This document shows positions 1 through 8,868 of a stretch of 24,273 bases of DNA, in pieces. Position 1 is the first letter of the stretch; every line of letters begins with the position of its first letter. Made by a program: the position numbers and the translations under genes. The notes under the pieces are model-generated. The model saw only the letters and a list, made by a program, of their open reading frames with translations. It had not been told where the DNA came from and searched no databases. The DNA is from Comamonadaceae bacterium (GTDB lineage: Bacteria > Pseudomonadota > Gammaproteobacteria > Burkholderiales > Burkholderiaceae_C): positions 1 through 24,273 of the forward strand of contig CANBRV010000001.1 of assembly GCA_947372005.1 (NCBI GenBank), read 5' to 3'.

Positions 1-1971
1 GTGAAGGCAAGTCACATTCTGCTGCGCTTTGAGAAGCCCGAGCCTGCTGCTTTGCTAGCCGCGAGCGGTGCATTAGTGCCAGAGATTGACTTGGCTATGG
101 CGTGGGAATTTGCGCCCGAAGATGAGTTTGGTTTTGCCGAGGTGGCGCGAGATTACTACTCTAACCAAGCGACGCTTGCAGAGCAAGCTGCCATGTTGTT
201 TGCCCTGCACGGCGCGCCGCATTACTTTAGACGTGGCGGTACAAAAGGGCGTTTTAAAAAAGCCGATGCGGCCACGCTGGCTTTGGCATTGAATGCCATC
301 GAAAAAAAGAAAGAGTTACTCGCACAAATCGATGCATGGGCACTAGAGCTGACGGCCGGGCGTTGCCCCGACTCGATCAAAACGCAGCTCTACAAAATCT
401 TATTCAAACCAGATAAAAACGCAGCCGAATACAAGGCCGTTGTGCAGGCTGCTCGAAGCACGCAAACGCCGCCGCTTGTGCTTTTGCAAGCGGCAGGCGC
501 GATTAGCAGCGCCTATCAATTCCATTGGCAGCGATTCTTGTTTGAGGCATTGGCTGTAGGCCAATTGAGCAAAGGCTCGCCAGAGGTGTCGTCTCGCAAG
601 CCAGATACAGCAATGCTTGCCAAGATGCCGCTTGCGCCAGTCCGAGCCTTCTCAATTGATGACTCGGCGACCACCGAGATTGATGATGCGCTTTCGGTAC
701 AAGGCTTTGGCACGGCTGAGGTCGTTTTGGGGATTCATATTGCCGCGCCAAGTCTTGGTATATCGGTGGATGACGCCGTGGACAAGCTGGCTCGCTCGCG
801 GCTATCGACCATTTACATGCCAGGCCAAAAAATCACGATGCTGCCAGATGCTTTGGTGCAGCCGTTCACCTTGCAAGCAAGCGCTAACTTGGAAGATGCT
901 CGGCCGGCAGTATCGCTGTATGTGACATACGACGCGGCGACGCTCGCGGTCAAAAATTTCGAGACCAAAATTGAGCGCGTGCCTGTTGTTGCCAATTTAC
1001 GCTACGACCAAATTGACCACATCGTGACCGCCGATTGGCTTGGTAACCCAGCGATGACGGCCACCGATACCCCGTCCGAGGTGACCCAATTGCGTCCAGA
1101 GCTGTCATGGTTATTTGTGCTTGCTCAAACCTTGAAGGCGCAGCGCGAATTGGTACGCGGCAAACCGGAAACTTTTAATCGCCCCGATTACAGCTTCAAG
1201 CTGGACAAGCCTGAAGGCGCGGATATTCAAGGTGACGAGCGTGTAGAAATCGTCCCTCGCGTGCGCGGCGCACCGCTTGATCTCATCGTGGCGGAAGCCA
1301 TGATTGTGGCAAATAGCACATGGGGCGCATGGCTTGCTACGCTTGGCGTACCAGCCATTTATCGCTCGCAAGCATCGCTGGGCTTCGGTGTCAAGGTTCG
1401 TATGGGTACCAAAGCTTTGCCTCACGCGGGTATTGGTGTACCTGCGTATGCGTGGAGCACCTCACCGCTGCGCCGTTACACCGACCTCGTGAACCAGTGG
1501 CAAATTATTGCTGCCGCCCAGCACGGCGCAACTGCCGCGCTGGCGGCGCCCTTTAAACCTAAAGATGCCGCGTTGTTTGCCATCATTGCCAGCTTTGACG
1601 ATACGTACAGCAACTACAACCAATTTCAAAATACCATGGAGCGCTATTGGACGCTCCAATATGTTCAGCAACGCGCTATCACTGAGCTCACGGCCGTGGT
1701 GATGAAAGAAGGCTTGGCTCGCGCCGATGACTTGCCCTTGGTGCTGCCTGTGCTGGGCGCAAAAGAGCTGCCACGCGGGGCGCATATCCGTGTAAGGCTA
1801 GGCGAGATCGATTTCATTGGCTTAGAGCTTGCGGGTACGCTGATCGAACGATTGGATGTTGATGTGCGAGATCCAGATGCCAAACCAGTCATGGAGGAAG
1901 ACGGTGAGGATGAAGCGCCACTGGCGACTGTGTCAATAGTTATGGATGTGAACGAAGAGCAAGCGCCTTGA
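1..1971 (+). CDS. rnb: RNB-domain exoribonuclease (RNase II/R family), 5'-truncated by the window edge
   Basis: Catalytic SIDDSATTEIDD motif, IHIAAP, TIYMPGQKITMLP and TSPLRRYTDLVNQ. The GTG at position 1 is probably an internal Val, since the ORF is open at the edge. Confidence 0.9.
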   Translation: MKASHILLRFEKPEPAALLAASGALVPEIDLAMAWEFAPEDEFGFAEVARDYYSNQATLAEQAAMLFALHGAPHYFRRGGTKGRFKKADAATLALALNAIEKKKELLAQIDAWALELTAGRCPDSIKTQLYKILFKPDKNAAEYKAVVQAARSTQTPPLVLLQAAGAISSAYQFHWQRFLFEALAVGQLSKGSPEVSSRKPDTAMLAKMPLAPVRAFSIDDSATTEIDDALSVQGFGTAEVVLGIHIAAPSLGISVDDAVDKLARSRLSTIYMPGQKITMLPDALVQPFTLQASANLEDARPAVSLYVTYDAATLAVKNFETKIERVPVVANLRYDQIDHIVTADWLGNPAMTATDTPSEVTQLRPELSWLFVLAQTLKAQRELVRGKPETFNRPDYSFKLDKPEGADIQGDERVEIVPRVRGAPLDLIVAEAMIVANSTWGAWLATLGVPAIYRSQASLGFGVKVRMGTKALPHAGIGVPAYAWSTSPLRRYTDLVNQWQIIAAAQHGATAALAAPFKPKDAALFAIIASFDDTYSNYNQFQNTMERYWTLQYVQQRAITELTAVVMKEGLARADDLPLVLPVLGAKELPRGAHIRVRLGEIDFIGLELAGTLIERLDVDVRDPDAKPVMEEDGEDEAPLATVSIVMDVNEEQAP

Positions 1972-2837
1972 AATATTTGAAGCGACTCTCCACTTTGCAA
2001 ATTGCCATCTTGGTGTCGGCCTTGATTCATGTGCTGCTCATCACCGTGCGGTTTGTCAATCCGGAAGGCTTTAATCGCGTGTTTAAAGATACGCCGCTCG
2101 AGGTCATTTTGGTCAACGCCAAAACAAGCGAAAAACTGGATGATTTAAAGGCACAAGCGCAGGCTATTGCGCAGTACCGATTAAACGGCGGAGGTGAGGC
2201 AGCTAAAGGGCTGGCGGGTAGTCCTATGCCTACCAGTCAAATCACAGATATGGGGGTTGCCGCCGATGAAGCCCAGGCACAGGTCGAGCAATTACAAGCG
2301 CAGCAAATGCGTATGCTGGCGGAGATTAAAGAACAAGTCGCTCGGCTACCTAAACCTGATCCCAAAGTGGTGAAGACGACTGACCAAGCGGAGCAAGAAA
2401 AGAAACGTCGGCAGCTGCTCAAGTTATTGGCAGCGATTGAGAAACGCATCAACGAAGAAAACGCGAAACCCAAAAAACGATACATCAGTCCTGCCACGCG
2501 GCAAGAGGCTTATGCGCTTTACTATGACGATTTGCGTCGCAAGATTGAGCGTGTGGGAACCGATAACTTTCCAACAGCTGCTGGGCGCAAGCTGTACGGA
2601 GAGCTCACTATGCTCATGACGGTGAACTACGATGGTCAGATTTTGAGTACGGAGATTGTGAACGGCGGCTCGGGCGACAAGCAGCTGGATCGGCGTGCCC
2701 AAGCGATTGCCCGCCAGGCCTCACCGTTTGGCTCTTTCACGCAGGCGATGCGCCGCACGGCTGATCAATTGGTGGTGGTGTCACGGTTTCAGTTTACGAA
2801 GGAACAAGTGTTAGAGACAACACTTGCTGCGCAATGA
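1968..2837 (+). CDS. tonB: TonB-family energy transducer (N-terminal TM anchor, coiled coil, TonB C-terminal domain)
   Basis: Hydrophobic anchor LQIAILVSALIHVLLITV, and C-terminal YGELTMLMTVNYDGQI...SGDKQLDRRAQAIARQASPF. TTGA overlap with the RNB stop. Confidence 0.8.
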   Translation: MKYLKRLSTLQIAILVSALIHVLLITVRFVNPEGFNRVFKDTPLEVILVNAKTSEKLDDLKAQAQAIAQYRLNGGGEAAKGLAGSPMPTSQITDMGVAADEAQAQVEQLQAQQMRMLAEIKEQVARLPKPDPKVVKTTDQAEQEKKRRQLLKLLAAIEKRINEENAKPKKRYISPATRQEAYALYYDDLRRKIERVGTDNFPTAAGRKLYGELTMLMTVNYDGQILSTEIVNGGSGDKQLDRRAQAIARQASPFGSFTQAMRRTADQLVVVSRFQFTKEQVLETTLAAQ

Positions 2838-3622
2838 TAAAAAAATTGCTCATCCGCTTGAGTGTTTTGATTTTGCTGGGCGTGCTGGCGTTGCAAGTTT
2901 TTTTTCTAGCGCGTATCTTGATGATGCGCTGGATAGCGCCCGAATCGACGAGCTTTGAGCGCAGCAGCGCTTATCAAATAGCAACTACAAAACCACAACC
3001 TTGGACATTTGGTTGGCGGCAAACGTGGGTGCCTTACGAGCAAATTAGCAAGAACCTCAAGCGCGCCATCATTGCCTCTGAAGATGCCAGCTTTACTGAC
3101 CACGACGGCGTGGACTGGGCAGCCATCGAAAAAGCGTGGGATAAAAATAAAAAAGCGGAAAAGCTAGCCGAAAAAAATAAGCCTAAATTCAGCTTGTTTG
3201 GCAAGAAGCCAGCGGCTAAGCCTGCACAAGCCGCACAAACAAAGCCTCCTAAGACAGTAGGCGGCTCTACCATTACGCAGCAACTGGCTAAAAACCTATT
3301 TTTAAGCGGCGAGCGAACCTATCTGCGTAAGGCGCAGGAATACGTATTGGTTGTCATGCTGGAGGCACTGCTCTCCAAAGAGCGTATCTTTGAAATTTAC
3401 CTTAACCATGTCGAGTGGGGTGAGGGCGTATTTGGCGCTGAAGCCGCGTCGCAGTACTACTTTCACAAAAGTGCAGCTAAGCTAGACGCATATCAGGCAT
3501 CGCTTTTGGCCGTGATGCTGCCGCGTCCTAAATATTTCGAACGCCGTATCCATACGTCTGAGTATTTACAAAACCAAGCAGGTACAGTGCAAGCCCGCAT
3601 GGGTGGCGTGGATATCCCTTAA
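2834..3622 (+). CDS. mtgA: Monofunctional biosynthetic peptidoglycan transglycosylase (GT51)
   Basis: GT51 motifs EDASF, GGSTITQQLAKNLFL, RKAQE, YLNHVEWG, FGAEAASQYYF and LAVMLPRP. ATGA overlap with the tonB stop. Confidence 0.95.
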   Translation: MIKKLLIRLSVLILLGVLALQVFFLARILMMRWIAPESTSFERSSAYQIATTKPQPWTFGWRQTWVPYEQISKNLKRAIIASEDASFTDHDGVDWAAIEKAWDKNKKAEKLAEKNKPKFSLFGKKPAAKPAQAAQTKPPKTVGGSTITQQLAKNLFLSGERTYLRKAQEYVLVVMLEALLSKERIFEIYLNHVEWGEGVFGAEAASQYYFHKSAAKLDAYQASLLAVMLPRPKYFERRIHTSEYLQNQAGTVQARMGGVDIP

Positions 3623-3629
3623 AAAATTT

Positions 3630-4376
3630 ATGAACATCATTCCAGACCCGTGGTTTTACGCTGCCGCCATTCCAGCGGCTATTTTGATGGGGCTTGGCAA
3701 GAGCGGCTTTGGCGGCGGACTTGGCTCTTTGGCTGTGCCGTTTATGGCGCTCACTATTACGGTGCCGCAAGCTGCCGCCATCATGATGCCACTGCTCCTT
3801 TTGGCTGACGTGATTGGTTTGCGTGTTTTTAGACGTGAGTACGATAAAAAATTACTGCGCTTTATGCTGCCCTTTGGATTGCTTGGCATTGCCATTGGCA
3901 CATTTCTATTTAAGCTCTTATCAAAAAATATGGTGGCTGGCTGCGTAGGCGCTTTTACGTTGTTATTTTTGGCGCAGCAGTTGTTGATAAAGCCGAAGGT
4001 GGGCGGTGCGCCGCCTCCGCGCTGGTTGGGCGCGATTTTGATCACAACCTCAGGTTTTACTAGCTTTATTTCTCATGCAGGAGCGCCGCCGTTTAATGCT
4101 TACGCCATCCCGCTCAAATTGAAGCCTGTGATCTTTGCTGCGACGGCTTCATACTTTTTCTTCTTTATCAATTTTGCTAAATGGGTGCCTTACGCCTACC
4201 TAGGTTTGTTAGATATGCAAAATTTTTGGACCTCTATGGTGTTGATGCCGTTTGCTGGTCTTGGTGTTTGGATTGGTCAACATGTGGCACGCAAAATTAA
4301 TACGGTGATGTTCTATCGATTGGTTTACTTAGGTATGTTTTTGAGCGGTAGCAAGCTTTTGTGGGATGCGTTTTAA
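3630..4376 (+). CDS. TauE/SafE-family sulfite exporter-like membrane protein (248 aa)
   Basis: GLGKSGFGGGLG, AAAIMMPLL, SGFTSFISHAGAPP and K-x-x-F-AATASYFFFFIN patterns with about 8 hydrophobic segments. ATG 3630 is preferred over 3603, which lies inside mtgA. Confidence 0.85.
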   Translation: MNIIPDPWFYAAAIPAAILMGLGKSGFGGGLGSLAVPFMALTITVPQAAAIMMPLLLLADVIGLRVFRREYDKKLLRFMLPFGLLGIAIGTFLFKLLSKNMVAGCVGAFTLLFLAQQLLIKPKVGGAPPPRWLGAILITTSGFTSFISHAGAPPFNAYAIPLKLKPVIFAATASYFFFFINFAKWVPYAYLGLLDMQNFWTSMVLMPFAGLGVWIGQHVARKINTVMFYRLVYLGMFLSGSKLLWDAF

Positions 4377-4394
4377 GCTGACAATGCAAGAGTC

Positions 4395-6437
4395 ATGATT
4401 GAGCTGAGCTACCTCCAACAAAATTACGAAGTACTAGCGAATACCTTCGCACAAAACCCATCGGCCTTTGCTATAGGGTTTTTTGCGGTGTACGTGCTCG
4501 TGACGGCGTTGTCACTTCCGCTTGCCACGCTGCTTACGCTCTTGGCTGGCGCTTTGTTTGGTTTCTTACCAGGCATGCTGTTGGTGTCATTTGCGTCGGC
4601 CATTGGTGCAACAGCTGCGATGCTAATTGCGCGTTTTGTTTTTTCGCGTTTGATTTTGCAAAGATTTGGCTCTTACCTAGAGACGATTAATCAAGGCATA
4701 GAAAAAGACGGTGCGTTTTATTTATTTGCCCTGCGGCTGACACCTGTTGCCCCGTTTTTTATAGTCAATCTGTTGATGGGGTTGACGAAGATTCACGCCT
4801 TCACTTTTTATTGGGTCAGTCAGATCGGCATGCTTGCTCTCAGCGCTGTGTATGTCAATGCTGGCACTCAGCTGAAGACGTTGACATCGCTGTCAGGCAT
4901 CGCTAGCCCCATGCTTTTAGGCTCATTGGCGCTGGCTGGCATTGCACCGTTGTTGCTTAAAAAAATGATGGCCTGGATGATGGCTGCACGAGCTAAGGCC
5001 AATATCTATAAGCCTTGGCAAGAGGCGCGCCCTAGATCTTTTGACCGCAACTTGATTGTGATTGGCGGCGGTGCTGGCGGTCTTGTGTCTGCCTATATTG
5101 CCGCCGCAGTTAAAGCCAAAGTGACGCTGATTGAGGCGCACAAAATGGGTGGCGATTGTTTGAACTACGGCTGCGTGCCTAGCAAGGCGCTCATTAAAAG
5201 CGCCAAGGTCGCGCATCAAATGCGCCACGCGTCTCGCTATGGTTTGCAAAATACGGAGACAGCGCTTAGCTTCAAAGCAGTGATGGCGCGTGTACATCGT
5301 GTGATTGCCGAGATTGAACCGCACGACAGCATTGAACGCTACACAAACTTGGGTGTAGAGGTGTTGCAAGGCTACGCAAAAATAGTGAATCCGTGGACGG
5401 TTGAGGTCGCACTAAGCAACGGAGGCAAGCAAACATTGACGGCACGTTCAATTGTGATTGCCACGGGGGCATCCCCTTTTGTACCGCCGCTTGCAGGCAT
5501 AGAAGCTTCAGGGTATTTGACCAGCGATACGTTGTGGGATGCGTTTGCGAAACTGGACGCAATCCCCAAGCGAATCACGATTCTTGGTGGTGGTCCGATC
5601 GGGTGCGAGCTCGCGCAAGCCTTGCAGCGCTTGGGCGCCACTGTGACACTCATCGAGCAAGGGGACCGCTTGTTAATCCGCGAGGACGCGGATGTGTCTA
5701 ACTTTGCAAAGGCGGCGTTAGAAGCGGACGGCGTGCGTGTACTCACCAATCACACCATTGATCTTGGTCACCCAGACTATGACGCGCTCATCGTCGCAGT
5801 GGGTCGCTCGGCAAGACTGGACGGCTATGGCTTAGAGGCGCTTGGCATACCTGTCCACAAGACAATTGAAACGAATGAGTACTTGCAAACCATCTACCCC
5901 AATATTTATGCCGCAGGCGATGTGGCGGGGCCATATCAGTTTACCCACGTGGCTGCACATCAGGCTTGGTACGCGGCAGTCAATAGCTTGTTTGGCGGCT
6001 TCAAAAAGTTCAAAGTTGATTACTCGGTTATTCCAAGCGCTACGTTTATTGACCCCGAGATTGCACGCGTGGGTTTGAGTGAGCAGGACGCAAAGGCGCA
6101 AGGCGTGGCTTACGAAGTCACCAAATATGGCATAGATGATTTAGATCGCGCGATTGCTGATAGCGCTGCCGAGGGCTTTGTCAAAGTGCTCACGGCGCCT
6201 GGTAAAGACAAAATTTTGGGCGTGACGATTGTGGGCAGCAACGCCGCAGAGTTACTCGCCGAATACGTGCTGGCCATGAAGTATGGCCTCGGTTTAAACA
6301 AAATTTTAGGCACGATTCACACCTACCCCACCTTCTCAGAAGCCAATAAATACGCGGCTGGCGAGTGGAAGCGGACGCATCAACCGACTCGCCTTTTAGC
6401 GTGGGTTAAACGCTTTCACGATTGGCGGCGGGGTTAG
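4395..6437 (+). CDS. Fusion of a DedA/VTT (TVP38/TMEM64, SNARE-associated) membrane domain with a class-I flavin disulfide oxidoreductase (LpdA/MerA-like)
   Basis: About the first 190 aa are hydrophobic, with LFALRLTPVAPFFIVNLLMGLT. These are followed by GGGAGG (FAD), redox CLNYGC (5157-5174), GGGPIGCE (NAD(P)H), IYAAGDVAGPYQFTH and HTYPTFSE. There is no MerA C-terminal Cys-Cys pair. Confidence 0.88.
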   Translation: MIELSYLQQNYEVLANTFAQNPSAFAIGFFAVYVLVTALSLPLATLLTLLAGALFGFLPGMLLVSFASAIGATAAMLIARFVFSRLILQRFGSYLETINQGIEKDGAFYLFALRLTPVAPFFIVNLLMGLTKIHAFTFYWVSQIGMLALSAVYVNAGTQLKTLTSLSGIASPMLLGSLALAGIAPLLLKKMMAWMMAARAKANIYKPWQEARPRSFDRNLIVIGGGAGGLVSAYIAAAVKAKVTLIEAHKMGGDCLNYGCVPSKALIKSAKVAHQMRHASRYGLQNTETALSFKAVMARVHRVIAEIEPHDSIERYTNLGVEVLQGYAKIVNPWTVEVALSNGGKQTLTARSIVIATGASPFVPPLAGIEASGYLTSDTLWDAFAKLDAIPKRITILGGGPIGCELAQALQRLGATVTLIEQGDRLLIREDADVSNFAKAALEADGVRVLTNHTIDLGHPDYDALIVAVGRSARLDGYGLEALGIPVHKTIETNEYLQTIYPNIYAAGDVAGPYQFTHVAAHQAWYAAVNSLFGGFKKFKVDYSVIPSATFIDPEIARVGLSEQDAKAQGVAYEVTKYGIDDLDRAIADSAAEGFVKVLTAPGKDKILGVTIVGSNAAELLAEYVLAMKYGLGLNKILGTIHTYPTFSEANKYAAGEWKRTHQPTRLLAWVKRFHDWRRG

Positions 6438-7264
6438 CCTAAGATGCGCCGAATCCAGTAACTCAGCGCATCCACCAGCACAACGAGTGCGAGCATTGCC
6501 AAGAGCACCGAGCTGGTCTCTGCCATTTGAAACAGGCTCATGTGGAACGACAGCATCGCGCCTAGCCCCCCTGCGCCGACTACGCCCAGCACAGCGGCTG
6601 CGCGGATATTGTTTTCCCAGCGGTAGAGCGTGTAGCTAATGAGCTGAGGCATGATTTGCGGCAGCGTAGCGTAGAAAAAAATCTTGAGTTCGCCGACGCC
6701 ACTCGTCCGCAAAGCCATAGCGGGTGAGCCCTCCGCGTTTTCTATTGCCTCAGCAAACAAGCGCCCGAGCACGCCACTGGTATGTAGCGCCAGCGCCAAC
6801 GTGCCCGCCATGGGCCCTAGTCCCGCTGCAATCAAAAGCAAGGTTGCCCATATCAATTCGGGAATGCTACGCAGCGCATTGAGCACCGCACGTGTGATGG
6901 TGCGAACTGCACCTCGGCCACTGGCAGGAAGTGCCAGCAACAGTCCGAGCACCACCGCAAGTAAGGTACCAAGTGCCGACATGGCGAGTGTCTCTAGAGT
7001 TGCCCACGACAGCTTGCTTAAAAAAGAACCTTCAAAATTTGGCGTTAGCAGTTCAGCGACAAAGCGCCCCATTTTTTGCATGGCATCGACTGACAAGAAC
7101 TTGCCCCACTGTAAATCTAGCGACCAAAAGCTAGCGATAGTGAGTAGCGCAATGAAGAGGACATACCAGCATGCTTTGCAGCGTGCACTCCAAAGCGGTG
7201 GAGGTAACTGAGCAGGCAATTGAGCAGCTAAGCGCTTGCGGGTCATGTCTGGTGTAGCTTTCAA
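6434..7264 (-). CDS. ABC transporter permease, PhnE/PtxC-like (second permease)
   Basis: LRSIPELIWA, GLGPMAGTLALALHTSGVLGRLFAEAIE (EAA loop) and YRWENNIRAAAVLGVVGAGGLG. Start is TTG 7264 (overlapping the upstream stop) or ATG 7246. Confidence 0.9.
   Translation of the reverse strand: MKATPDMTRKRLAAQLPAQLPPPLWSARCKACWYVLFIALLTIASFWSLDLQWGKFLSVDAMQKMGRFVAELLTPNFEGSFLSKLSWATLETLAMSALGTLLAVVLGLLLALPASGRGAVRTITRAVLNALRSIPELIWATLLLIAAGLGPMAGTLALALHTSGVLGRLFAEAIENAEGSPAMALRTSGVGELKIFFYATLPQIMPQLISYTLYRWENNIRAAAVLGVVGAGGLGAMLSFHMSLFQMAETSSVLLAMLALVVLVDALSYWIRRILG
7202..7225. repeat. 12-bp imperfect tandem duplication encoding AQLP-AQLP
   Basis: AGGTAACTGAGC (7202-7213) and AGGCAATTGAGC (7214-7225), 10 of 12 identical. 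Confidence 0.7.
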
Positions 7265-8109
7265 GACAGCCCCTCCCGAAAGCGGCTACTGGCGCGGTCT
7301 GCCAGCCACACTAAAAGCATAAATATGAGCAACATCGTGCTGACTTCAGAGCCATTAAACATCTTCATCGAGGCATCCATTTGTTGCCCAAGTCCGCCCG
7401 CGCCCACAAAGCCCAGCACAGCGGACGAACGAATCGCGCACTCCCAGCGGTAAACGGTGTAGCTCGTCAGTTCCGCCGCGCTTTGCGGGAGTAAGCCATA
7501 AAAAAATGCTTGCAAGCGACCTGTGCCATTGCGTAGCAAGCTGTGCGTGACGGTAGGATCGCTGGATTCCAAAATCTCGCCGTAAACCTTGCCCAGCATG
7601 CCCGTATAAGTGAGCGCAATTGCCAGCACGCCAGCCGTGGGCCCTAGCCCGACGACACGAACAAAGATCAGCGCCCAAATGAGTTCGGGCACGCTACGCA
7701 GCACAATCAGTAGCCAGCGTGTCGCAGTGCGAATCGCGCCTGAGCCAATTCCCATATGGCCTGCAAGCCCGCTGACGGATAGCACGCGTGCCGTAATGAG
7801 TGAAAGCGGAATTGCAACAATGAGCGCGAGCGCAATGCCCGCCGTTGCCATGGCGACCGTGCGCCAAGTCTCGCGTGCCACCATCAGCAAAAACTCAGGC
7901 TCTAATTTGGGTGGAAAAAAATCAGCTAAAAATTTGAGCGTGGGTTTCAAGCTCTCTGCGGAAAACAGCGTCCAAATTTTGAATTCCGTTAGCACCAGCA
8001 TCGGCCACAGCAGCACGGCGGCGACGGCGATCCAAAAGACGCGACCCAAAAAAGCAGGATCACGCACTGGCGCGTGAGCAGGATCACGGAGGGCCTTAGG
8101 TAAGCTCAT
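7261..8109 (-). CDS. ABC transporter permease, PhnE/PtxC-like (first permease, 282 aa)
   Basis: LRSVPELIWA, GLGPTAGVLAIALTYTGMLGKVYGEILE and YRWECAIRSSAVLGFVGAGGLG. ATG 8109 is preferred because residues 1-26 of the track ORF lie within the ATPase gene. Confidence 0.9.
   Translation of the reverse strand: MSLPKALRDPAHAPVRDPAFLGRVFWIAVAAVLLWPMLVLTEFKIWTLFSAESLKPTLKFLADFFPPKLEPEFLLMVARETWRTVAMATAGIALALIVAIPLSLITARVLSVSGLAGHMGIGSGAIRTATRWLLIVLRSVPELIWALIFVRVVGLGPTAGVLAIALTYTGMLGKVYGEILESSDPTVTHSLLRNGTGRLQAFFYGLLPQSAAELTSYTVYRWECAIRSSAVLGFVGAGGLGQQMDASMKMFNGSEVSTMLLIFMLLVWLADRASSRFREGLS
8053..8088. repeat. 12-bp perfect direct repeat (AGCAGGATCACG) with 24-bp period, encoding RDPA-HAPV-RDPA in the permease N-terminus
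   Basis: Copies at 8053-8064 and 8077-8088, read directly from the sequence. Confidence 0.85.
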
Positions 8110-8860
8110 CGAGATGCTGGGCATACAAATCTTGGAGCCGCTCGGGCGTGACCTGGCTTGTCGGCAAATCAAACGCCAGCTCGCCATTCTTCAATCCGAT
8201 GATGCGCGGAAAATGCGCAAGCGCCATCTGCACGTGATGTAGTGTTGCGACCAGTGTCACGCCGCGCGCCCTTGCGTTGCCTGTCAAAGTCTCGATGGCT
8301 TGAACAGCACGCGCTGGGTCAAGTGCAGACAGCGGCTCGTCAATTAACCACAGCTTGCTATCAGATACCAATCCTCTTGCAAGCCCCACCCGCTGGCGTT
8401 CACCGCCCGATAGTCTATCCACGCGCTCAAACAATTTATCGGCTAAATCAAATTGCGCTAGCGCCTGCTGCGCCGTTGGAATATCGACTGGATAAAACAA
8501 ACTGCGGAGGCTCGTCCAAAACCCCATGCGCGGCAATTGCCCCGCCAGCACGCTGGTGACGACGCGCTGTCGCGGCGGCAGGGGCGGTACTTGCGGCGCC
8601 AAAAATAAATCACCGCGAAGGCGTTGCAAATCATTTTTTGCAAGTTGCCACGGGTCGTGCTCATCCAACTTCAATGAGCCTGTCGCTGGAATCAAGGCAC
8701 ACGCCAGTAAGGAAAGCAGAGTCGTCTTGCCCGCACCAGAAGGGCCAATGACCGCAACTTTTTCGCCCGCATTTATGGTCAGCGTGATCGGCTGCAAAGC
8801 CAAGCTGGCTGAGGCTGCAGCGGGATGTCTGCCTGCTGCGGCGAGCAGTTCAATCTTCAT
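8096..8860 (-). CDS. ABC transporter ATP-binding subunit, PhnC-like
   Basis: Walker A GPSGAGKT, signature LSGGERQRV, Walker B/D-loop WLIDEPLSALD and H-loop LHH. Confidence 0.93.
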   Translation of the reverse strand: MKIELLAAAGRHPAAASASLALQPITLTINAGEKVAVIGPSGAGKTTLLSLLACALIPATGSLKLDEHDPWQLAKNDLQRLRGDLFLAPQVPPLPPRQRVVTSVLAGQLPRMGFWTSLRSLFYPVDIPTAQQALAQFDLADKLFERVDRLSGGERQRVGLARGLVSDSKLWLIDEPLSALDPARAVQAIETLTGNARARGVTLVATLHHVQMALAHFPRIIGLKNGELAFDLPTSQVTPERLQDLYAQHLDELT

Positions 8861-8868
8861 TTTGAACG

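Noticed and set aside
3130-3260. Lys/Ala/Pro-rich insertion in MtgA
   Set aside because: A variable low-complexity insert at this position is, from memory, common in Comamonadaceae MtgA.
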